A stretch of 64,000 nucleotides of DNA from contig JAYWIR010000003.1 in the NCBI GenBank assembly GCA_036172245.1, forward strand, positions 3,348,001 to 3,412,000, read 5' to 3'. The position numbers were made by a program, and so were the translations under genes. The DNA comes from Raillietiella orientalis. Its lineage: Eukaryota. This document shows, in pieces, positions 26,536 through 39,779 of this stretch (the first letter of the stretch is position 1; each line of letters opens with the position of its first letter). The notes under the pieces were generated by a model. That model made no database searches. It was not told where the DNA came from and worked only from the letters and a program-made list of their open reading frames with translations.

Positions 26536-29500
26536 GACGCAGGAGCGAAACCGCCCTTCCGCTGCTTCCAGCCCCTCCAAGAAGCATTCGTCGCCAGGCA
26601 GGATGGAAAGTCCGTGGGCGTTTCGCCTCCGCCCTTCCCTGGCAGCTACGTTGGTTGCAGGGTTGCCAGGTCACGAGAAAAAAAAACAACAACCAATCCA
26701 AAAAAAAAAAAAAACGATTCGACAGTGCCTTTTCTCGAAAGATAAAGATGGCGGACGACAGGAGGACGCGTGACTACTCTTGCACCAGTGGCGAGAGCCC
26801 GGGACTCATCGTGCACGCGGCGGTTCGCACGGTGGACCGCGAGAAACGACGCTGGTTGAACGTCTCTCCCCTTTCTCTTTCATCCCCCCACCTCCTCCGG
26901 AAACCGGCAAGAGCTTTCTCCCTGAGGCCGGAGTGGGCCGCGAAACGCCCTCGCCTATTTGTCGTCGCCGCGAGTCGGATGGAGCCGACGCATAGCCGGT
27001 GCCAGTCGCGAGCTCCTGGGCTGCAGGAGGTCCCCCGTCCCCCCCCCCTTCACAGGGGCGCGCGGTCAGGGAAATTTGAGAGCACGGGACCCCCGCGGGA
27101 AGTCCGAGGGTTCCTCGGACTATGCAGCTATTCCCTTACAGCTTTCTTCCTTTTTTGATGCGCGTTACCCTTCCAGTTATAGGAGTGACCCTGGGGCAGC
27201 CACCCTATGAATCCAGGAAGGGCTTTGGAGAAAGCAGTCTGTTTCCTCTTGGGAGGAAACACCGAAAGAAACCTTTTCTTCCTCACTCTCTTCGGAGGGA
27301 CCCCTTCAGCGGGGGCTGCTCCTTGTTGGTGCTCCTCCGAAGAGAACCCGAAGGGAGTCGGATCCTCAGTTCCCGGAAAGGACCCGTAGGGTCAAGTTCC
27401 AATCTCGGAGCCCAATCAGCGGGGGCATCCGGTTTCCGCCGGTGCCGCACCCACCCTCGCGGGCGCGCAAAGTCGCTTCCCCGGGCTCCGCGGCGTGAGT
27501 TTCCCACTGGAGGGGAAGGCACGCCGCGGGCGGCGCTGCGTCCGGCAGAGGAGCAGAAAAGCCCGACCACCGGGGCCCCCAAACATTTCCAGGAAAATGA
27601 ACGCTGAGCCTGGAGAGCTTGCCTGTGGGCTGCGCGATCCGCTGCCGAGAGAGCTAGTTGGATGGCGACGCAGGCGCGGACCTCCGCTGGCCTCCCATAG
27701 TTCTCTGCAGAGCTCGCGTTCCCCCACCCCCCATTCCTCTCTCCCTCTACTTTTTTTTTTTGTCCCTACGCGTGAAGCCGAAGAGGAAATTGATGGGACG
27801 AGGTCCCAAGCAAGAGGTTGTGCACTCAGGGGACCTCAACACCCGGACAAGTTTTGGCTCGGGACTGTGACGTCAGGCCTCGAAGGAAAGGCGGGCTGCC
27901 CGCGACCTCACCGATTTCAGGGTTTCGATCTTGCTTTGTGGGCTTGGCCGAGAGAGTCCGTCCGAGAAGAAAAATCCGTCTCCGCACCCATGTTCACCAT
28001 GGTGAGCGCAGCCCATCCCTTTCTCCCTTTCCATTCCTTGGTCCTCCCTCCGCTCCTCTCTGCTTCTCCTGTCCCCAGTGGGTTTGATGCTTCCGCTTCA
28101 AACCGGCTGATGTCGGTCCCCAAATTTCATTTATTTATTTTAATGAATCTCCTGGCAATCCGGGAAGAGAAGGTCGACGCACATACCCTCCAGGGTGTGT
28201 GCCCGAGAATGGGTGTAATCAGCCAAGGGTCAAATGTCAGGAGTCGAGTCGCATTTCCTTTTTTTTGTTTGTTTGTTCGTTTCACCCAGCTCTCTCGACA
28301 GCCAGAGGTCCTACTCGAGGTGGTCTCGTGTCAGCGAGCGGAGCCGAGAATGCTCCGGGGAGCAGCTGGATCAGGAACTCCGGTGCGCGTTCTCAACGGT
28401 TTCCGGGGAGACGCCAGCTGAATTATAGTCTGTTACGGGACATTTCGCTCCTCTCATCGCCAGTGGGCGTTGGTTCCCTTAAGAAAGCGAAACCGCGATC
28501 CTTCAGGTGCACGTTGTATCGCCAGTGCGCATGTCCGAGCACCGCGGAGGAACAGCGCTCCCTGGGAGGGATGAAAAGGGAGAAGGCAAGCGATAATAAA
28601 AATGCAAATATGTAAATGTATAAATGAATACGTACGGAAATCAACTTGTAAGTGCGTAAATATATAAGCATCCAGGTGTGCGGATGATGTACATATAGGG
28701 AGTAATGTAAACAGGAAGAAGCATAAATAAATATAAAATCCCTCACTCAAGGATAACCGACCTGTATCCCTGCACACATCTGGGAATTTCGAGTGGGTCC
28801 GTGCCTGTTAAACAGCACGATTGGTCCCGATGCCCTTCCTGAAGTCCTGGTGCAGGGCACGCAGTGGATAGCGGGCGCAAAACTGCAGGATTGAGTCCTT
28901 GAAGCGGTCCCAGTCCTCTAGCTTGGTGACAGCAAAGCCGTTGAGGAAGGCACAGAGCTGCTTCCAATGCTTCCGGATGGGCAGCTAGTCCCCTGGTGGC
29001 CTCCACGAATTCATCGGGAGGCGGTGCGATCCTGGAATGGTCTGGAATTCGAAGCACGAGTGGTCGTCGCTGGAAACGTGATCCATCGGGTTGTGAATCG
29101 CCGGTGAGCGGGTTGTTTATCACCCGGCTATACCGCGAGGTTTATTCACAGAAGATGAACAAAGTATCTGGGAACTCAATTCCCAGACAAAGACAAAAGC
29201 AGTCAGTTTCGCGTGCACCGATGCGATTAACTTGCTCACCTGCCCGTGGTGGTCATTTGATAGGCAGAAATGGAAACCCTTTGGAGCATATGATGACCCT
29301 TGGGCATTCATATGCTCCATGTTGCTTGCTCGGTGGCTCCTGAGATCACTGAAGAAACAAGATGCTGGCTCGTAAAAACGTCTGTCACGACGAGTGACAT
29401 GTCGCACCACATGACCACAAGTCGGCCCGTTCGTCGTCGAAGCGGAGAACGAGGGCGAAGCGACGCAGAGTTTTAATACAGAGCGGTGGATAGGGTAAGG

Positions 29501-29689
29501 TAGTCTTTTGCATTCCCAACGGAAACTCGCAAACGGTGCAAAAAGGTCCGCTTTACTGTTACTCGCTGACTCCCGCTCCCCGGCGAAGCGAGCGTTCTGG
29601 ACGTCTTTTCTGCTCGTTCCTCGTTGGTAAGGAAAACTTTCTTTTTGGTGTGTATTGGTGCGTGAGGTGTAGAAGTGGAAGCCATGCCA

Positions 29690-30800
29690 GGAGACACCGC
29701 TATGAATGGCCAGGGAGAAAGCTCAGTCTGAGAAGTGGGGTACAAGAGAGCCTTGACGACTATGGGCAGACTGATGACCTCAAACTGGTGTCGGCGCTGA
29801 TCACACTGGAAACTCCAGCACAAAAACAGCACTGACGTGCTTCCATTTAAGGGACAGCACCGAAGCGGAACGAAGTGCTAAGGTCAGTTGGAAAGTGAAC
29901 ACCCAGGTTTCCAAGGTCTCCTGCCGCCAAGAGTTGAAGTTCTTTCTACTCACTCTTGGAACCGGGTTGCTGTGACTCCAGCCGTTTTCCACCAAGCGTT
30001 GAAGTTACTGAGATGGCAGGAGATTCCAGCAATGTCGCTCCAAGATTCTTCTAAGATGAAGGTATATATCCGTACCTCTTCATCTTCTTGCATTCGCGCG
30101 GCAGTATGAAATCTAGTCCTAAATCACGGCCTGGACAAGGCCACAGGATGAGATGTGCAGGCGCATACCATGAGGTTGCCAACACAAACGATCAGCCTCC
30201 TGAACTGCGCTTGCAGTTCATTGTCCGGCGTTTAGGAGTATATCCTCCGAAGAACTTACGGTTCTGCCTTTTGTGTGAATGCTTCGGTGCTCCCTCTAAA
30301 ATGGAAGCACGAGGTGGCACTCTTTGTTCGCATTGTAACGAGCGTCTACATCTCGTTTCCGGGGAAACTGCATCCTCGAACTGCTCCAGGGGCAGGACGA
30401 TCGAATCTCTGCCCCAGCTGTTCCTGGACCGCGGCACCCTCCAAGAACTGCGGCGGAGGGCGGCTTCAGCGCTGCTGCACCCGGAAGAGGACAAGGAGAG
30501 AGACTTAACTGCGGCGCTTTTTCGCGCGCGACGGTCTTTCGTGTGGCGCGGAGATGTCAACGCTGGAGGTGGTTGCGTGAGCGCCATCTTGGTGGTCCTC
30601 CTTGCTCTGTAGCTACGCTCGCAGTGATGGGGGATCACATGCCCAACAGCCGCTTTCATGAAGGCTGCAGCAAAGTGGCCCATCTGGATGAAGGAATCTC
30701 CAGGGAAATCGCCTGCATTCTGCGCCGGTACTAGGAAGGAAGGAGAGCTCTGCACCAAAGACTACCCCTCTATTTATTTATTTATTCATTCATTGTTCCC
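29690..30800 (+). mobile_element. Decayed Tx1-like ORF2 3' fragment
   Basis: WPGRKLSL (post-RT), CNERLHL...SNCSRGRTIESLPQLFLD (degenerate zf-RVT), RFHEGCSKVAHL / MKAAAKW C-terminus, and a (TTTA)n-rich tail. Confidence 0.6.
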
Positions 30801-32451
30801 ATTCCACCCGCTCCGGACTTTCTCAGGACTTTCTTTCATCTGCATGTCGTTAAACACCTCCAGAGGTCTTTTGTTTGTTTCCCCCGAACTGAGTTCCCAA
30901 TTTGTTTGTTTGTTCTTTTATGGAACGAACGTTCCAGCGTTAGCTGGTGAAAAGATGGCACATCCAAGAGCCACGGATGCAGTCCCTTAGCCCGAGAACG
31001 CGTGGGACTGGAGTCCACCAGCTGGCTCATCTTCCAGACGTCTTTCAGTGTGGTGAAACCTGCAGTGGGTACGGGGAACTAGCCTCCCTGCCGGCGGGCA
31101 AATATCGCTGCTTGTCCAGAGGGCAGACAGCGCTGCGGTAAGGACGTGATGGTCAGTCGGGACTGCTGGTGGTTGCTGCTGGCTGTACCGCCAGCCCTTT
31201 CAACTTTTCTTGCAACTGGGACTGTATTTGGCTACCGCCTGAGGAAAGCACGGAGTATCCAAATACATGTCATCGCCTGCAGCTCTCTGTGAAAGACTAG
31301 AAGCATCCGTATCAAAGATATTTGTCCCCTCTTGTCCCCATCCTTTTTTAAAATTTATTTATTGTTCCCTTACCTTTTGCTCCGTTCCTTGCACATGTTC
31401 GATCTGCTAGTCGGCAATCATTCCTAAAGGAACTTCTTTCTGTTTCTAGCAGCAGCCCAGCCCCAGCAATAGGTGCAGCCCAGCATTTTTGTAGTGGGTT
31501 CTGCTGCCCATCGCTTGCGCTGCCAGCCGCGGATCGTCACAGTATGCTAGTGTGGTATCGCCATTTTCATAGTGATGTGAGATGGAGGCTGACAGCAATG
31601 GTGATTATGACTATCATGGTGTAGTGTAATGATCCGATGCTGGCTATGCTATTGATCATAGTGATGGTGGTGATGGGCTGCTGCTGAGGAAAAGGAAGAG
31701 GAAGGGTGAAGAAGGAGAGGAGAGGAAGAGGAGGAGTGAGAAAGCATGACCTAGCAGGATGAGGATGCGGACTTCCAAACCACATACGAAATGGATGAAA
31801 TCCTTCCATCTGTGAGGTCAGAAGCATATATGTTCAGGGAAGATGAGCGCTGTCGGAGACCTTTTTGGAAGATGATAAGTGAAGCCGCAATCTGTAGAGT
31901 GGTGGCCGCGGTAGCGAAGGAAGGAGGCAGAAAGGGGTGCATGCGAGAGCACAGTATCTTCTCAGTATGAATGCTAGGAATGTTGCAGTGTAAAGCTGTT
32001 AGTTCTCGGGTTGAAGGGATCTCGGATAGAATTCACTCCTGGGATAAGCACCCTGGTGATGGACCCAGCATAGGCGAGAGTGTAGAGAATGGAATCCTTG
32101 CACAGCATCTCCTCTGTTGCCCGCCGTGTGGCAGCCATCGCACCTTCCAGAAGCGAGATGGGCAAATAACCTATCTCCGAGAGACTGCTTCAGGAGGTAA
32201 GATACAGCCTCCGCGATAGGCAAACGCTCTCTCTCGCCTTCTGGCGGACCAATCAGAAACCAGACATGACCAGAGGGCGAGAGAGATCATCCGCTTCCTC
32301 ACACCCCTTCAGGACTACACCTCTGGAAGTCACACGACCACCGAATTAACTCGAGCGTGCTTTCTTCAGAGGTAAGGCTACCAGGACCACCTTCATTACA
32401 AGAGGTCGCCTCGGGATGCGCCGAAATCTCAACCTTTAGCCAACTCTGCGG

Positions 32452-35400
32452 TCAGTGGATCAGTTTGAAGTAGCTCTGGTTGCTGAGCAGTTTCTCGTAC
32501 TCGACTCTGCTGCGGGAGACGTAAGTGAACCAGTATCCGACGTTGAAGATGACGTAGAAGGTCGGCAGCATGATCCTATAGATGCGGTCTATCCTCTCGC
32601 TCCTCGGGTAGGTCTCTTCGGAGAGGACCTGTCGGCAGGGTAGACCCGGCGCCTGGAACAGTCTGGATCTCCAGCTACGCTCGATCTCCCTCTTCTTCAG
32701 CTCGTAAACGAAGGGGAATTCAAGGAAGGCCAAGATGACGAAGATCAGGTTGGCCGCATTCCAGACGTCGATGGATTTCATGTACCCCACCTGGAATAAG
32801 GGAACCCCGTTCGAGGACGTTCTCTTTGCCTGCGGGAGGAGCGCGCACGGCGTTCTTCGTTTCCATTAGATCATCCCGCTGGCAGAGAGGGAGGCCCGCG
32901 GCTCGCAGATCGGACCAAGGGGGTTCCGCCAGTGTGAGCATCGTAGAGCGCCTGGATGTGGCCTGCGCTGCGGTGGTGCTGAAGCGCAGGAGCCTTTTCA
33001 TCGGAAGGAATGACCTCAAGGGATACCTCTGGACGAACAGGTCGATCTCAAGCGGCAACCTGCCGTTCCGTCGCTTTCCCTTCCCTTCCGACCGGAAAGG
33101 CGGCCCCGTGAGCCCCGTCGCTCTCCCAGGGGGCTGCCTGAGTCTCCCAGTGTGCTCGCAGGATCTGCCGCGCGCTCTGCCGTCTCGAGGAACCACGCTG
33201 CCAAAGAGCCGGAGGACGGGCCGATGGGCCGCGTTCGACCACGGGTGGGTCTTCGTGGAGACTCTCTTGCGACAGGCATGCGACCAGGGAATTCAACTGC
33301 TGTGCACGCATTGTGCGAGGCGCCAAATTGATCTCACCTGCTGCCGTGTAATGGCGCGACGCGCGCGGCACGAGAGCGGTTCCCCATTCGCCAGCTGCCA
33401 ACCAATCGAAAGTGCCTGCGTGACATCTGGGCGCCAGTGGCATCATCTCTTGTCAAGAGGCTGCAGAAACGAAGCTGTCCCCTGGCAGGTCCGCAACATC
33501 CCGCGACCCAGGATGGAAACCGCTCGAGAGTGACGGAAACCGGTCCGGAAGAAAGGCGGCGGGTCGGTGGCTGAGCGCACGGGCTCGGCGTGCCAATCCG
33601 CCAGCTAAAGGGACGGCCTAGCCGTAGCCGGCGGCTCTCGGCGCGTGATCCCTTCCTGCCACGCCCCAGATCCTGAGCGGCCCATGCGAGCGTGGCTCCC
33701 TTCCGCGGCGCCTGCCTGACGCCATTCTCGATGGGCTAGTGGAACCGAAACGAATCGCGGTCATCCGGCAGACTCGCCCAGGTGGGACGGGGAATGATAA
33801 AAGGAGAGGGGAGAAAAGGATGATTTTGTGGCGTTGACGTGATGATAATAACGGCGCCGCGGCGATGGTGATGTGATGATGACGGTGCGAGGAGATGGGT
33901 GAAAGGAAGGAACGGAGCACTTGTGAGGGCGACCGAGGCGGATCCCGCCTGCTCTCAGCTCGCGACACCATCTCGACAGGGGGTCATCCGCACCGCCTCC
34001 TCTTCGTCCTGCCATCTCGGACTGCTCCAAGTTCTGCAGACGCTTCTGTGGGAACGAGAGGGAGAGCATCTCCGAGAGCGTCGGATGACCACATCCGGGT
34101 GCGACCTCAGTCATTTCGTCCCCTTGGCGCCGACCCCTCCTTCTTTGTGTTGGCGCACGTCCTCTCGGTTTTCTCTCACTCCCGAGGGTGCGCGGTGGAC
34201 ATGGAAGCCTTCACAGGAGGCTGCGGTTCCTCGCCCCAGCAACGGACGCTCACACGAGCTGCAGCTCCCTTTTTCTTAGCCTGCCACCCGTGCGCGAGAG
34301 TCTCTCGGTCGCTTGTGGAGACGCGCACTCCGAGGTCAGACAGCGGTAAGAGGTCGCCTGGAAGACGGTCCCGGCCAGGGAAGCCAGCCTGCCGGGTGCA
34401 GAGCGGGCTTTTCCCCCGTACACGCTGGAGGAAGCTGCCGAAGCTGCGAGGCGCGGTCCGGCGAGCGAAAGCCGAGGGGAGCGACGAAAAAATGGCTGCC
34501 CCTGGCCTCTCTTTTCCGGATCGAAAAAGAGCGTTGGCGGAGCTGAAAAAGGGGAAGCGGTGCAACCCTCCACCCCACCCCCAGCCATGATTCGAGAGGT
34601 CTGGAAAAGGAACGCAGAGCGACATCGCTGGTGGGCGGCGCGCCCTCCCCCCGACGCACCGTCAGCGTGTCCGTCACCGTGAGGGACATATAGGACACCA
34701 TGCTGAAGATAGTCGTCACCCCGATGAGGACGCGAGCGTCCACAGCCTCTATCCTTGTCCACAGGGGGATCCAGCTGGACGCCACCAGCAGGATCGACGG
34801 CAGGAACGTAGTGAAAAGGAAGGTCGTGACCACCCGGGAAAAGAAGAAGTACACCATCAGGGTGCTGGAATGAGAGAGGGTCATAAGCCGCCACACTTCC
34901 GCGCACCTGCCCTCTCCGGGGGGAGGCGCCTGGAAGCCAAGCGCAGGGCACGAGGAAATTGTCCAAGACGACAGGTCCATGCAAGGTCCAACACGGACAT
35001 TCAGTCGTCTGAACCTCCAGGATCCCCAACTCAATCCGCAACCTATGATACAGGGATCCCCCAAACAGATCCGCACCGTTGAAGGATCCACAATTTAAGG
35101 ATCTTCGATTCGCAGTCTGAGGACCCACAGTCCGCGAGCCGACGGTCCCCAACGCAAAACATCCACAATTTAAGACCCGCGATTTACAATTCAAGCGCTT
35201 CCATCGGACCCTGGACTCTAAGATCGCCTACGTGAGGGCCCGCGTCTTTAAGGTTGCGTGACCTGCAGCGCCCCCCTGCCTGTAGTTGCCCGTGATCTCT
35301 TGCTCCCACGTATTGTTTTCGATGCCGATGCCCCTGATGATGAAGTCGATCCTCCTCGTGATCCTGGGAACTTCGACCGGGAACACGTCGTAGCGGATGC

Positions 35401-38364
35401 TCCCTTCCCGGATGAGGACCCCTCTCCAGATCAACTCGATCTCCTTGCCCGTGTTCAGCCCTTCGGGAGACAATGGTCAGCGCGGAGTCTGCGGACGGCC
35501 TCAGGGAGAAGGGGATCTTCGAGGGCACAGCTCCCTCCTCACTCACACGTCTGCAGCTTCAGCGTGCAGTGCTGACTGTCGAAGGGGTAGTTGACCAGGT
35601 TGAGGTAGCAGCTGATGGTGCTGGAGAACCTACAAGATGAAGGTCCAGGAGACTTAGCTTCCCTTGCAAGCTTCCGCGCAGCTTCATGCGAGCGAGCTCC
35701 GCCTTAGAGACGTCCCCGGCAGAAAGGGGTCTCTCCCGCAGGCAGCAGGGAAGGGGAGGGGGAGAGAGTCGCTCTCTTGGTCAGGGGGTTCATTCGGTAG
35801 CACCGTGAACTCGACCGAAGGCGCCTCGGGGTCGCGGACGATCCATCGGCCAGGAAGGCCATTTTGGCGAGCGGCGTTTCCCACGGTCCCGTCCGCCCGC
35901 AGAGGGTCGCTCAGCGCAGAGACTGTTCCTCTCCCTCCTCCTTCTGGGGTTTTTCCTGACAGCCTCCAGGGGAGCACCTGTGCGCACGCGAGGACAGCCC
36001 GCATCCTTCTTCGCCGCGGACGGCCTCTCGCGCAGGTCCGCTACAGCAGCAACAGGACGCAGGGATCCGAGGCGCACGGGGGAGTCTGCGCGTTCGGGGC
36101 CGGAAGTGGACCGAGTGGCGGGGGAGCCTGCGCACGCTGAAACCGGGGAACGAGAGGCGCCAGGAGCTTCCTCCTCGCTCTGGTCCGCGGAAGGTCCTCC
36201 TACAGACAGTCGCTCGCCCCTGGGGGAAGGTCCCCTACCGCCAAGCACTGTGCCCTCAAGCCTCGAGAACAGGTGTCACAGGAGGTTGCAGGCCCCCCTC
36301 CTTCCGCCTCTTTCTTCTCGCTCTCGAAGGGCGAGCTCCTCCTCCCAGAGCGATGCGCTGCAACCCCGGTCACGGGAGATCAAATCGAAAGTGTTCTCAT
36401 CTCAGAGGCAGGGTCCGTCTCCATGGTCCCGCGTTGCCCACGGGGTCGCTGACGTGAACGCTTGCGCGAGGGGGAGTGGCGGCTAATGAGCTGCCCGAAG
36501 TCGCGGCCCTCGTCCTCCCCTCTGCCTTCCAGCCTTTCTTGCCTGCTGCCAAACAGGGAGAAGGCGCAGCCTGGCTGCTGCGCTGCCCCCGCTGCTATGG
36601 GAACCACCGTCGTTTTTTTACGTCCTCTCCCCCGTACTCTGACCGAGTACCCAGCGGAGGCCGTCAAAGCCCCACCAGCACGGAGTGTTTGCACTGCCGG
36701 TCCGGGGTTAGCCCTGTTGGCTCCGGTGCGCGACCGCGAGGCTGACTCCGGGAGAGAGGAGAAGAAGGAGAGGTCCGGGAAGAGAGGAGCAGCTGCGCGC
36801 ACGCGCAGGCAGCGCCTTCCACGCCCAGTGACGCTGCTTCCACTCTTTCCCCGCCCCCTGTCTCGCGAAGCCGGACGCGCCAGCCTCACCGGATCCTGAA
36901 GATGACTTTTTTGGTTGCGTGGATTGCCATGAATGAGTTGATTTCTGTGACATCCATGAGCCGGGTCTCCATGCCGTCGGGGATGTAAAGCAGTGGCTGC
37001 CATAGGCGGTCAGTCAGCTTGCCAGAGACTAGGGGAGAGTCTGTCAGAAGGCCTGCGACGCCCACCCGCCCACGAAAGCGCCGCAGGAGCGCGCAAGAGG
37101 TTCGCGGCTGCCCTTCCACCTGCCTACTCCGGCCCCACCCATTTCTCGTAGCCCTTCGCTCGCTGTTGAAGACCTTCCCGAGCCTTGTCGTCCCGCATGG
37201 GAATCCAAGGCGACAGAATCCCTTCAAGGCCCCAGAAGTGCGCACTGTGAGCAACATTCGCTAAGAGCACTCGGCGCCTTCATTGGCTGGAGCAGTGAGG
37301 AGCACACCCCCGGGCCTGATTCCCGAGAAAGACCGTGGCTCGAGACGATTTCTGCTGCCCCGGCAACCACGAGAGTGCGGTCTGCACCCGAGACCGCGCG
37401 GATAGTGGTTCCCGGAGTCGCCTGGGCCGACCCGGGTCAGACGGCGGGCCCAAACGTTCATTCCGGAGACCGGCGCCATAATTGCGTGGATATCGCAGAG
37501 GACTGCGGTTCGCCTCGGAGGCCGAGGACTGCAGCAGCCTGCTGGATTCCTCGAAAGCTGCCATTTCGCGGTCGGGGAGAAGGGAGGGCGAACTCGTTGC
37601 TGCTTTCGCGACGTCGGCGAGGAAGGGTGAAGGAAGGGAGGAAGAAAGGAAGGAAGCAAGGAGGACGAAGGAAGCCAGCAGGGAGGAGGAGGAGGAAAGC
37701 AGGAAAATTTCCAGGACTGAGAGAACGTCCGAAAGTCGGGCGAGGGTTTCTTCGCTGCGAGCAAACTATGGACCATCGGCTAGCCACACTTCCGCGGACT
37801 CATTTTCCACTCCCCTTCCACCGCGCGAGGGAAGCCGGAAAAGAGATCGGGGAACGTAGCCGCAGGACCGCAGGGTGGTCTGCATGAGGCTGCTGCGGCT
37901 ATTTTCGGACGCGACTTGGGACAGACTACAGGTCTCGTGGCAAACTCCAGGAGCGACGACTGCCGGAATAGGAAGTCGCTGCCGGCCTTCCAGAGTGACA
38001 GAGACCCCATACTTATTATCGGGTAGTGGCTCCTGTTCCTGTGCAGGAGCCTCAGGTCCATCCACCGCAGCCTCAAAGTAACTTGCAGTCTCAGGGTCTG
38101 GTGACAGAAGGAATTCATCAGTCAAGGCCGTCGGGAGCGGCCCTCGGCAGAATATACCATGGTCTTCGAGCTCGGAGAACCGAGGGAGTTCAGGAACATG
38201 CTGACCTCGATGTACAATGGTTCTCCCGGTTTCAGACCTACGGAAGCAGAGGAGGACCTACAGAAGGGCACAGTTGCTTACCTGGAGGAGCGCTGTAGCG
38301 GTTGTAGTCAGGAGGCAGGATGTCGTCGAGCAGCATCGGAGCAACAAGCGGTACAGCGTTCGAT
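32452..38364 (-). CDS. Divergent Cys-loop (pentameric) ligand-gated ion channel subunit, anion-channel (pHCl/GABA/Gly-like) architecture; 5' end uncertain
   Basis: Exons 38364-38282, 38237-38158, 38097-38013, 37028-36890, 35629-35547, 35460-35280, 34864-34660, 32790-32452, all phase-compatible. Motifs: DILPPDYNRYSAPP, LRLRWMDLRL, LWQP, Cys-loop CYLNLVNYPFDSQHC, TGNYSTL, M1 FLPSILLVASSW, M2 ARVLIGVTT, M3 YMKSIDVW...FLEF, M4 IDRIYRIMLPTFYVIFNVGYW. Confidence 0.93.
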
Positions 38365-39314
38365 CTTCAGCGCGCCACAGGGAAAAGGTAGGAAGACAAA
38401 AATGCACTCAGCCCGAAGATCACGAGCGGCCACGGACAGATGAGGATCCGAGGTGACTGCTGACGGACCCCCGACGCGCTCCCGGATTCTGAACCAGCGC
38501 CTTCCCTTCCCCACGTGCATCTCTGGAGCGCGCCACCCCATGCACTGAGGTGAAACGGTGGGCTGCTCTACGCGGGTGCGGCAAACGTGAGAGGATGTGT
38601 GCCGTCGAGGAAAGAACGAGGTGAGGGGTGAGCGTGCTGTTCGGGCAGTTTCTCTGAATTGCATAAGCATCCAGGAGCTCCCTCCTTTTGACCGCTCATG
38701 GGACGGTGGAATACAACTAGTGCAGCCAACAGATTGTCCTGCGAGCAGCTCCTCTGTTTTCTTGAAAGAGTGCAGAAAATGAAGAACGGACGCTTGAGTT
38801 TCTTGTGCAGGAACACCGGCCCCAACGGATCGCGAGTCCACCTCTGCCATCTACCGACAGGAGTTGTAACCAGCCGCATTGAGTCGTAACGCCACAGTCA
38901 CGGAGTCTACGACTGTTTTACCCTTTTTCAAAACAAACAAACAAACCAACACGCAACTGGGATACCAACAAGGATCCCAGGACATGGGATATCAAATTCA
39001 TATGCAATGCATGGATATTCCATGGTGATATGCACATTTAATGCATGTGCTCATTCCATAGCGAGACGATCGCAAAGTAGGAGAACCGGACCCCAGACTA
39101 CTGGGTGCGCCTGTTTGAGACAAACACCGTACTGTGTGTTTTGTTTTGGTTTTTCTTAAAGGCCAAGGGTGAACTCACGAAGAGATCGGTACATTTGGCC
39201 TAGGATGATGGGAATCCTTCCGAGCTCTTCTGTTTTCCTGACAGTTTTCGTTTTTTTTTTGGTTCTTCCGGAGTGCTGAAGAACTTTCTGCCTCCTTAGG
39301 GGCAGCTCACGAAG

Positions 39315-39720
39315 CTCTTTGACGTTGTCCACGCCATCCGAAGGTGCGTAATCCTTCAAGTTAGGGGGCGACCCCGAAGAGACCGCCCTATGAGTCCAGG
39401 AAGGGTTCCGTTCCTCTCACGCTTGAAGAAGAGGAACCCCGAAGGGAACCTTTTCCTTGCTCTCTCCGGAGGGAACACCCCGGAAGGGGTCACTTTTCGT
39501 TCGTTCTCCGGAGAGAACCTCGAAAGGACGCTTCCAAATTTTCTCTGAAGGACTCTCCTTGAAGGGAGCAACGCGTTCCTTGCACTCTGGAGAGCTGCCA
39601 ATCCCCGAGGGGTGTATCGACCAGCTCCGTGGACGGCTCCCCGAAGGGCTTCTTGATTCCTGGAAATACCTCGGATGGTCAACTTCCAATCCCGGGCAAT
39701 CAACAGGGGCATCCGGTTCC
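39315..39720 (+). repeat. Copy of the ~450-bp interspersed repeat
   Basis: Collinear similarity with 23731-24190. Confidence 0.75.
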
Positions 39721-39779
39721 CAGCCAATGTGGCCCCGCGAACGGTAGTGTCTGGTTGCAGGGAACCGTGAGAAAATCCA

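Noticed and set aside
27495..28421. 308-aa ORF downstream of the Star-like gene
   Set aside because: Low-complexity translation crossing T-runs and repeat sequence, no recognisable motifs.
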